This document shows, piece after piece, positions 8,575 to 15,281 of a DNA stretch of 16,461 nt. The DNA lies in the NCBI GenBank assembly GCA_037446135.1, contig JBBIJD010000008.1, forward strand, positions 20,370-36,830, written 5' to 3'. Every line of letters begins with the position of its first letter. Within the stretch, counting starts at the first letter, position 1. The notes under the pieces are model-generated. The model did not search any database. It saw nothing but the letters and a program-made list of their open reading frames with translations, and was not told the DNA's origin. The stretch is from Candidatus Fraserbacteria bacterium. Its GTDB lineage: Bacteria; Bipolaricaulota; Bipolaricaulia; RBG-16-55-9; JANLFV01. The position numbers and the translations under genes were made by a program.

Positions 8575-9393
8575 ATGCTCCAGTTCATCATCGTCCTCAG
8601 CTTGGTCCAGGGACTAACCGAATTCCTCCCGATCTCCAGCTCCGGCCATTTGGGCCTGATCCGGGCCCTCTGGGGGATCTCCCTCCCGGGGCTCCTCTTC
8701 GAGACGCTCGTCCATCTCGGGACTCTCCTTTCAGTTCTGTGGGTCTTCCGACGGGAGGTCGAGCTCCTTCTGCGGGCTCTCGCTCACCCCAGGCTTGAGC
8801 GCGCTGAGCAGCACCGCCGCCTCCTCGGGCTCATCCTAGTGGGGATGATCCCCACGGCCATCTTCGGCCTCCTCTTGGACCCCTGGCTCGAGTGGGCCTT
8901 CGGCTCGCTCATCGTCATCGGCTCCGGCCTCTTGTGCACCGGGACGATCCTCTTCCTCGCCGAGCGCAAGCGAGGCGAGACCAGAGAGACCAGAGCCCGG
9001 AGTCTCGAGGAGATGACCCTCTGGGATGCCCTCGCGATCGGAGCGGCCCAGGGGATGGCCGTCCTCCCCGGGGTCTCAAGGAGCGGGGCGACGATCGGGC
9101 TGGGGCTGATCCTGGGGCTGGAGCGGGGTCTGGCCGCGGAGTTCTCCTTCCTCCTCGCCATCCCCGCGATCCTCGGAGCCGCGGCCCTCAAGGGCTGGGA
9201 GGCCTGGCAGGCTCAGGCCAGCTATGCCGGCTTAATTGGCCCTTACCTCTTGGGGACAGCCCTCGCGGCGATCTCCGGGGCCCTAGCGATCAAGTATCTC
9301 TTGCGGCTCCTCCGGCGGGGACGACTCACCCCCTTCGCCTACTATTGCTGGCTTTTGGGGGCCGGGGCGATCGCCCTCGCCCTTGTAAGATGA
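8575..9393 (+). CDS. uppP: Undecaprenyl-diphosphate phosphatase (BacA family)
   Basis: VQGLTEFLPISSSGHL, VHLGT, AQGMAVLPGVSRSGATI and AAEFSFLLAIPAI motifs; hydrophobic throughout. Confidence 0.97.
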   Translation: MLQFIIVLSLVQGLTEFLPISSSGHLGLIRALWGISLPGLLFETLVHLGTLLSVLWVFRREVELLLRALAHPRLERAEQHRRLLGLILVGMIPTAIFGLLLDPWLEWAFGSLIVIGSGLLCTGTILFLAERKRGETRETRARSLEEMTLWDALAIGAAQGMAVLPGVSRSGATIGLGLILGLERGLAAEFSFLLAIPAILGAAALKGWEAWQAQASYAGLIGPYLLGTALAAISGALAIKYLLRLLRRGRLTPFAYYCWLLGAGAIALALVR

Positions 9394-9395
9394 GA

Positions 9396-9427
9396 GAGGG
9401 GGCCGCACGAGGCCGTGCAGCCCCCTC
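9396..9427. terminator. GC-rich hairpin just after the uppP stop; possible end of uppP mRNA and/or of the convergent minus-strand transcript
   Basis: GAGGGGGCCGCACG-AGGC-CGTGCAGCCCCCTC, 14-bp arms. The single C/A mismatch on + is a U-G pair on -, where TCTCATCTT follows. No clean U tract. Confidence 0.5.
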
Positions 9428-9433
9428 GCCTCG

Positions 9434-9660
9434 CGCCCCTCTCACCCCCGTTTGCGACCCTGCGGATTCGAACCGCATCCGGCTGCTGGGGAAAAATCCT
9501 GCTGCGCGGAGGTGGGAGCAGCAGGCAAAACCCTGGCAGACCGATGGGGTGTAAGCCCATCGCTGGATGCACCGAGCGAGTCAGGTCGGGTTTGGAAGGG
9601 GCGAACCGGAAGAGAAAAGGAGGTTGGTCCGGAAGGCTCTCGTTCCGAGCGCTCAATATC
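9434..9660. ncRNA. Candidate structured non-coding RNA of unknown family downstream of the c-di-GMP riboswitch
   Basis: Nested complementary segments: 9434-9440/9597-9603, 9455-9462/9582-9588, 9475-9480/9565-9570, 9483-9491/9531-9539, 9498-9505/9518-9525, 9542-9548/9556-9562, 9606-9610/9628-9632. No protein-like ORF. Confidence 0.45.
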
Positions 9661-9661
9661 C

Positions 9662-9752
9662 TCATCTTCGGCAACCCAGCCGCCCTCCTCTTCAGGGTTC
9701 GGGCCTGTGGCTTTGCGTCCCCGCCTTTCGACGGGTTTGCCCTTTCGGATGA
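9662..9752 (-). ncRNA. Cyclic di-GMP-I (GEMM) riboswitch aptamer
   Basis: Minus strand TCATC-CGAAAG-GGCAAACCCGTC-GAAA-GGCGGGGACGC-AAAGCCACAGGCCC...GGGCGGCTGGGTTGCCGAA-GATGA. It shows P1 (TCATC/GATGA), P2 with GAAA tetraloop and the GGCAAACC...GGGACGCAAAGCC core, and the GGTTGCC 3' signature. Confidence 0.93.
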
Positions 9753-9763
9753 ACTTAGCCATG

Positions 9764-9792
9764 TATATAGCACAGAAAGGCGGGGTTGTCAA
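9764..9792 (-). promoter_or_regulatory. Near-consensus sigma70 promoter driving the riboswitch transcript
   Basis: TTGACA (9792-9787), 17-nt spacer ending TGC, TATATA (9769-9764; extended -10 TGn). Predicted start ~9757, just 5' of P1. Confidence 0.8.
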
Positions 9793-9800
9793 GTGGGGAG

Positions 9801-9829
9801 TTGCGCCGACTTGCCTTCTTTCATATAAT
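9801..9829 (+). promoter_or_regulatory. Sigma70 promoter of mtaD-rpsO-pnp operon, divergent from the riboswitch promoter
   Basis: TTGCGC (9801-9806), 17-nt spacer, TATAAT (9824-9829). Confidence 0.75.
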
Positions 9830-9897
9830 GCCTTTCGGATAAAGAGTGGAAGAGAATGGCAAACCCCAAAGGGGTGGATTGCAAGGAACGAACCTCA

Positions 9898-11214
9898 ATG
9901 GCGCGAATTCTGCTCAAAGACTTTGCCCTCCTCTCAACTCCTGATGGGCCCGCGGAGGAGTCTTCGCTCGTGATCGAAGATGCGAGGATCACCCGGATCG
10001 GGAAGGCCGAAGAGATCGCCCGAGGCCATTTTGACGGGGTCATTGAGGGGAGAGGGAAGCTGGCCATGCCGGGGCTGGTCAATGCCCATACGCATCTGGC
10101 GATGGTCCTCTTCCGCGGCTTTGCCGACGATCTCCCGCTCCGGAAGTGGCTAGAGGAGGCGATCTGGCCGGCGGAAAGGCACCTCGAGCCTCAGGAGGTC
10201 TATTGGGCCTCGCTCCTGGGGATCGCCGAGCTCTTGCGGAGCGGGGTGACGGCCTTCGCAGACATGTATTTCTACATGGACGAGGTCGCAAAAGCGGTGG
10301 AAGAGAGCGGGATCCGGGCCCAGCTCTCCTACGGGATGATCGCACCGGACGACAGGGAGAGGGCGGAACGAGAGCTGGAGAAGGGCCTGGAACTGGTCGA
10401 GCGCTGGCATGGAAAGGCGAATGGCCGGATTACCGTGGCCCTCGCACCTCATGCCCCCTATACCTGCGGGGAGGAGCTCTGGCGGAGGGCGGTCGAGGAG
10501 GCAACCGCTCGTGGGATCAGGATCCACACCCACCTCTCCGAGACGACCCAAGAGGTGGCCGACTCCCTCTCCCGCTATGGGAAGAGCCCAGTCGAGTATC
10601 TCGCGGACTTGGGGGCCTTCGCGGCCCCGGTCCTCGCCGCCCATTGTGTCCACCTCTCCGAGCGGGACATCGAGCTCCTCGCGGAGCACGATGTCCAGGT
10701 GGTCCACAACCCCTCAAGCAACATGAAGATCGGCTCGGGGACCGCTCCCGTGCAGAAGCTCCTCGATGCGGGGGTCAATGTGGCCTTAGGGACCGATGGG
10801 GCCGGGACGAACAATAACTTGGACATGTGGGAGGAGCTCCGGCTCGCGGCCCTCCTCGCCAAGGTCGGTGGAGACCCCACCGCACTCCCGGCCTCACAGG
10901 CCCTCAAGCTGGCCACCCTCAACGGGGCCCATGCGCTCGGCCTGGACTCAGAGGGGGTCGGCCCGCTCCGCGAGGGGATGGCCGCGGACCTGGTCATCTT
11001 GAACCTCGAGGGGCCACATCTTACCCCGGAGTATAATCTCATCTCGAACCTGGCCTATTCCCTCAACTCCGCCGATGTGGAGACGGTAATCGTGGCGGGA
11101 GAGGTCCTCATGGAGAACCGAGAGATCAAGTCCTTCGATGAGGCGGAGGCAAAGGCCAAGATAAGGGAGATGAGCGAGAAGTATAAGGAACTAAGGAGGA
11201 ATATATGGGACTAA
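9898..11214 (+). CDS. mtaD: 5-methylthioadenosine/S-adenosylhomocysteine deaminase (amidohydrolase family)
   Basis: MPGLVNAHTHLAM, FADMYF, APHAPYTC, HTHLSET, AAHCVHL, HNPSSNMK and ALGTDGAGTNNNLDM motifs. Start ATG 9898 (MARILLKD) or 9856. Confidence 0.88.
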   Translation: MARILLKDFALLSTPDGPAEESSLVIEDARITRIGKAEEIARGHFDGVIEGRGKLAMPGLVNAHTHLAMVLFRGFADDLPLRKWLEEAIWPAERHLEPQEVYWASLLGIAELLRSGVTAFADMYFYMDEVAKAVEESGIRAQLSYGMIAPDDRERAERELEKGLELVERWHGKANGRITVALAPHAPYTCGEELWRRAVEEATARGIRIHTHLSETTQEVADSLSRYGKSPVEYLADLGAFAAPVLAAHCVHLSERDIELLAEHDVQVVHNPSSNMKIGSGTAPVQKLLDAGVNVALGTDGAGTNNNLDMWEELRLAALLAKVGGDPTALPASQALKLATLNGAHALGLDSEGVGPLREGMAADLVILNLEGPHLTPEYNLISNLAYSLNSADVETVIVAGEVLMENREIKSFDEAEAKAKIREMSEKYKELRRNIWD

Positions 11215-11474
11215 CGAAGGAAGAGAAGGCAAAGATCCTGACGGAGTATGGGCGACGGCCGGGGGAGAGCGGCTCGCCTGAGGCCCAGATCGCCCTCCTC
11301 ACCGCCGAGATCCGCCAGCTCACTGAGCACTTGAAGGTCCACAAGCATGACTTCCATTCCGAGCGGGGACTGGTGAAGAAGGTCGGGCAGCGGAGGCGAC
11401 TCCTCAAGTATCTGGAGCGGGAGAACCCCCAGAAGTATCGGGAGTTGCTCACAAGATTGGAGATCCGTGGCTGA
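11205..11474 (+). CDS. rpsO: 30S ribosomal protein S15
   Basis: GSPEAQIALLT...LTEHLKVHKHDFHSERGL.KKVGQRRRLLKYL, 89 aa; SD AGGAGG inside the mtaD 3' end. Confidence 0.98.
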   Translation: MGLTKEEKAKILTEYGRRPGESGSPEAQIALLTAEIRQLTEHLKVHKHDFHSERGLVKKVGQRRRLLKYLERENPQKYRELLTRLEIRG

Positions 11475-13959
11475 GCGAGGGCTTATGATGAGACTGGGAA
11501 GGATCATCGAAGTGAGCGCCGATCCCTTCCGGCTCGAGGCGGGGAAGATGGCCCGCCAGGCCGATGGGGCGGTCTTGGTGACCTTCGGGGACACGAAGGT
11601 CTTGGCAACGGCGACGCGCGGCGAGGCCGAGGAACTGGACTACTTCCCCCTCGTTGTGGATTATGAAGAGAAGTTCTACGCTGGGGGGAAGATCCCCGGC
11701 GGGTTCTTCAAGCGGGAAGGGAAGCCCTCGGATGAGGCGGTCCTCCACGCTCGGCTCATCGACCGCCCGATCCGCCCGCTCTTCCCCGAAGGCTACATGG
11801 AGAAGGTCCATGTCGTGGTGACCGTCCTCTCCGCGGACAAGGACCACCCCCCCGAGATCGCCGGGCTGTTGGGTGCGAGCGCGGCCCTCCTCACCAGCTC
11901 GATCCCCTTCACTACCCCGGTCGCGGGAGTCCATCTCGGGCGGGTCGACGGCCGGCTGATCGCCAATCCCACGGCTGCCGAGCGAGAGGCGAGCGACCTG
12001 GACATCGTCGTGGCCGGGACTCCCGCCGCAGTGACGATGGTCGAGGGCTCGATGAAAGAGCTCCCCGAGGCGGAGGTGATCGAGGCGATCGAGTTCGCCC
12101 ATCGCCATATCAAGGAGCTCTGCGCCCTTCAGGAGGAGTTCCTCTCCCGCGCGGAGGTGGAGAAGCTGGAAGTCGCCCCTCCGGAGCTTGTGGAGCTGAA
12201 GGAGCGATTAAGCCGGGTGATCGGCGACCGCTTCAGTGAGCTGCGGACTGCCCCGGGGAAGCTGGCCCGCGAAGAGCTGATCGAGTCCATCAAGGAGGAG
12301 GCGATCGCCCGAGTGCTCGAGGAGCTCGCTCCTCCCGCGGAGGAGGTGGAGAAGCTCCCCCGTGAGCTCGCCATGGCCTTCGAGGGACTCCTCCGGGAGT
12401 TCGTCCGGAGGACGACCCTTTCGACCGGCCTGAGGATCGACAACCGCCGGCCTGAGGAGATCCGCCCGATCACCATCGAGGTCGGGCTCCTCCCGAGGGT
12501 CCACGGCTCGGCCCTCTTCACGAGAGGCGAGACCCAGGCCCTGGGGACCTGCACCTTGGGGACCACCCGCCAGGACGAGCAGATCATCGATCGGATGCTC
12601 GAGGAGGGGAGGAAGCGGTTCATGCTCCACTACAACTTCCCGCCATATTCAGTGGGTGAGGCCGGGAGGATGGGCCCCCCGGGGCGGCGGGAGATCGGCC
12701 ACGGCCATCTGGCGGAGAACGCCCTCCAGGCGGTCCTCCCTACTGAGGAGGAATTCCCCTACATCATCCGGGTCGTCTCGGAGATCCTAGAATCGAATGG
12801 CTCGAGCTCGATGGCCACCGTCTGTAGCTCCTCCCTGGCGATGATGGATGCCGGGGTCCCCTTAAAGGCCCCCGTGGCGGGGATCGCCCTCGGGCTGATC
12901 CAAGAGGGGAGCGCACGGCTCATCCTGACGGACATCGTGGGGATGGAGGACCACTTCGGGGACATGGACTTCAAGGTCGCCGGGACGAGGCGGGGAGTGA
13001 CGGCCTTCCAGCTCGATGTCAAGACCGGTGGCCTCTCCCGTGAACTCTTGGAAGAGGCCCTGGCACGGGCTCATGTGGCCCGCATGGCGATCCTCGATCG
13101 GATGGAAGAGGCCCTCCCCGCCCCAAGGCCACGCCTCTCCCCCTATGCCCCGGTCCTGGAGGTCATCCACATCAATCCCGATAAGCTCGGGCTGGTGATC
13201 GGCCCCGGGGGACGGACGATCCGCCGGATCATCGACGAGACGGAGACGGAGATCGACCTCGAGGACGATGGGACCGTCCGGATCTCCGGCCCGAACCGCC
13301 AAGCCGTCGAGCGGGCGATCGCCCTGGTCGAGGAGCTGACCGAGGAGCTAGAGGTCGGGAAACGCTACCGCGGGAAGGTCACAAGGATCGAGCGCTACGG
13401 GGCCTTCGTCGAGCTACCCAATGGGGTCCGCGGCCTGGTCCATGTCTCAGACCTCGCGGACGGCTATGTGAAGAATGTCGAGGATGTCGTGAAGATCGGG
13501 GATGAGATCACCGTCGAGGTGATCGGGATCAACGAGCTGGGACGGCCCGACTTCCGCCGGATCCCCGAAGAGGGGGAGGAGATCAAGACCTCCCCGCGGC
13601 GAGCGGCCCCACAAGCCCGGCCCCGTCGCACCCGGCCGGTCCGGGACGATGGCCGGGCGGCGATGAAGCCACCAGCTCCGGCCCCGACTAAGGCTAAGGC
13701 CGAGCCGAAGGAAGTGAAGGTCGGGGACATCCTGACCGGGACGGTCAAGAACATCACCGACTTCGGGGCATTCGTCGAGCTAGACGACTCCGATAAGGTC
13801 GGGTTGATCCACATCTCCGAGCTCTCAGATGAGTATGTAAAGCGAGTCGAGGACATCGTCCAGCCCGGGGATCGGGTGGCGGTCAAGGTCCTCAAGATTG
13901 ATAATCGTGGCCGGATCTACCTCAAGCGACTCGCACGGGCTGATATCAAGATCGCCTGA
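11467..13959 (+). CDS. pnp: Polyribonucleotide nucleotidyltransferase (PNPase) with a second C-terminal S1 domain
   Basis: FPLVVDYEEKFYAGGKIPGGFFKREG, RLIDRPIRPLFP, HGSALFTRGETQ, RREIGHG, SEILESNGSSSMA, EDHFGDMDFKVAGT, KH (VIGPGG) and S1 domains. Start GTG 11467 or ATG 11485/11488. Confidence 0.98.
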   Translation: MAERGLMMRLGRIIEVSADPFRLEAGKMARQADGAVLVTFGDTKVLATATRGEAEELDYFPLVVDYEEKFYAGGKIPGGFFKREGKPSDEAVLHARLIDRPIRPLFPEGYMEKVHVVVTVLSADKDHPPEIAGLLGASAALLTSSIPFTTPVAGVHLGRVDGRLIANPTAAEREASDLDIVVAGTPAAVTMVEGSMKELPEAEVIEAIEFAHRHIKELCALQEEFLSRAEVEKLEVAPPELVELKERLSRVIGDRFSELRTAPGKLAREELIESIKEEAIARVLEELAPPAEEVEKLPRELAMAFEGLLREFVRRTTLSTGLRIDNRRPEEIRPITIEVGLLPRVHGSALFTRGETQALGTCTLGTTRQDEQIIDRMLEEGRKRFMLHYNFPPYSVGEAGRMGPPGRREIGHGHLAENALQAVLPTEEEFPYIIRVVSEILESNGSSSMATVCSSSLAMMDAGVPLKAPVAGIALGLIQEGSARLILTDIVGMEDHFGDMDFKVAGTRRGVTAFQLDVKTGGLSRELLEEALARAHVARMAILDRMEEALPAPRPRLSPYAPVLEVIHINPDKLGLVIGPGGRTIRRIIDETETEIDLEDDGTVRISGPNRQAVERAIALVEELTEELEVGKRYRGKVTRIERYGAFVELPNGVRGLVHVSDLADGYVKNVEDVVKIGDEITVEVIGINELGRPDFRRIPEEGEEIKTSPRRAAPQARPRRTRPVRDDGRAAMKPPAPAPTKAKAEPKEVKVGDILTGTVKNITDFGAFVELDDSDKVGLIHISELSDEYVKRVEDIVQPGDRVAVKVLKIDNRGRIYLKRLARADIKIA

Positions 13960-13963
13960 GAAA

Positions 13964-14014
13964 GATCGGTTCCGGGTTCAAGCCCCACGGGGGCCAGCAG
14001 GCCCGGGATCGATC
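13964..14014 (+). other. Long intergenic RNA hairpin between pnp and the M16 peptidase gene
   Basis: GATCGGTTCCGGGTT (13964-13978) pairs with GGCCCGGGATCGATC (14000-14014): 15 bp including 4 G-U pairs, plus an inner GCCCC-ACG-GGGGC hairpin. No U tract. Confidence 0.6.
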
Positions 14015-14021
14015 ATGATAT

Positions 14022-15281
14022 ATGGAGCTCTATCCGGGCTGCTACCGCGAGGTCTTGCCGAACGGCCTGGTGGTCCTCGCCGAGGTGCGGGACCGCCGGC
14101 CACTCTCTTTGGGCCTCTGGGTCCGCATCGGGAGCCGGGACGAGCCGGAGGAGCGGAGCGGCTCGGCTCACTTCCTCGAGCACATGCTCTTCAAGGGGAC
14201 GACCCACCGCTCGGCCTACAAGATCGCTGAGGAGATCGACTCCCTCGGCGGGGCGAGCAACGGTGCGACCCACGAGGAGTATACGGTCTACTACATCAGC
14301 GTCCTCTCCGAACACCTCGAAGAAGCCCTCGACATCCTCGCCGACCTGGTGCAAAACCCGCTCCTCCGCGAGGAGGACATCGAGCGGGAGAAGGGGGTGA
14401 TCCTCGAAGAGATCCGGATGGTCGAGGACCACCCTCAGGAGAAGATCTTCGACCTCTTCATTGAGCGGAGCTGGAAGGGCCATCACCCTCTGACCCGCTC
14501 GGTCCTCGGCCGGACGGAGACCGTCCAGCGCCTCTCCCGGGAGAAGCTGCTCGAGCAGTTCGCACTCTATACCCCGAGGAACATGGTCCTCGTCGGAGTC
14601 GGAGGGATCGAGTTCCCTAAGCTCCTCGAGCTGGCCGAAGCGAAGCTGGGGGACTCCCATGGGGGTGCCGCCGCGCCCGAGCGCTATCCCCCGGAGTTTC
14701 AGCGCCACTTTCATATCGAGGACCACAGATCAAAGCAGGCCCACCTCTGCCTGGGGAGTGCGGGCTTAGCCCGCGGCTCCGACCGGCGGTATGCCTACGA
14801 GATCTTGAATGCCCTCCTCGGGGGCGGGATGAGCTCCCAGCTCTTCCGGAAGATCCGCGAGGAGCTCGGCCTGGCCTACGCCGTCTTCAGCATGCCCCAT
14901 TATTACCTCGATAGCGGCCTCTTCATCGTCTATATCGGGACCGAGCCACGGAATGCCCCAAAGGCGGTCGAGGTTGCCTTAGAGGAGATCGCCCGGTTCA
15001 GCCGCGAGCCGGTCAGCGAGGAGCGGCTTCGGCTGGCCAAGGAGAAGCTGAGGGGGAACCTCCTCCTCGGGCTGGAGAGCAGCCAGGCGAGGATGGTCCG
15101 CTTGGGCCTCGGCGAGCTTTACGACCTCCACATGCCGATCGAGGAGGTGCTCGCTAAGATCGAGGCCGTGACTGCAGAGGAGGTCCAAAAGGTCGCGGAA
15201 GAGCTCTTCTCCGGGCCGCTCTCCCTCACGGCCATCGGGCCGGAGAAGAGGCTGAGGGAACTGGAGCGGCTCTTCAGCTAG
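14022..15281 (+). CDS. M16 (pitrilysin/insulinase) family zinc peptidase, YmxG/MlpA-like
   Basis: GSRDE...GSAHFLEHMLFKGT (HXXEH), IEREKGVILEEI and LGGGMSSQLF.KIREELGLAY; usual position downstream of pnp. Confidence 0.95.
   Translation: MELYPGCYREVLPNGLVVLAEVRDRRPLSLGLWVRIGSRDEPEERSGSAHFLEHMLFKGTTHRSAYKIAEEIDSLGGASNGATHEEYTVYYISVLSEHLEEALDILADLVQNPLLREEDIEREKGVILEEIRMVEDHPQEKIFDLFIERSWKGHHPLTRSVLGRTETVQRLSREKLLEQFALYTPRNMVLVGVGGIEFPKLLELAEAKLGDSHGGAAAPERYPPEFQRHFHIEDHRSKQAHLCLGSAGLARGSDRRYAYEILNALLGGGMSSQLFRKIREELGLAYAVFSMPHYYLDSGLFIVYIGTEPRNAPKAVEVALEEIARFSREPVSEERLRLAKEKLRGNLLLGLESSQARMVRLGLGELYDLHMPIEEVLAKIEAVTAEEVQKVAEELFSGPLSLTAIGPEKRLRELERLFS

Noticed and set aside
8481..8591. N-terminal extension of RnpA, or a hidden overlapping rpmH as in Thermus
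   Set aside because: No L34-like Arg/Lys-rich sequence is visible; the region holds promoter-like motifs and overlaps the uppP start.
9453..9589. A standard tRNA gene
   Set aside because: No U8, abnormal linker, 1:72 mismatch, 66-nt variable region and no CCA; kept only as a tRNA-like finding.
9515..9640. SRP RNA, RNase P RNA or tmRNA
   Set aside because: GTCAGGTC and TCCGGAAGG occur but not as the contiguous SRP helix-8 motif; no GAGGAAAGTCC of RNase P RNA; no tmRNA ends.
9839..9897. SAM-I riboswitch upstream of mtaD (ATAAAGAGTGGAAGAGAATGGC loosely resembles its 5' part)
   Set aside because: Leader is too short and lacks the P3/P4 elements and P1 closure.
9415..9973. Plus-strand ORFs of 137 and 173 aa across the intergenic region
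   Set aside because: No SD-linked start, non-protein-like composition, and they run antisense through the riboswitch and both promoters.
13972..13996. tRNA 3'-end remnant or att site (GGGTTCAAGCCCC...GCCA)
   Set aside because: Only a 3-bp T-stem, wrong distance to CCA, no integrase nearby; better explained by the long hairpin.
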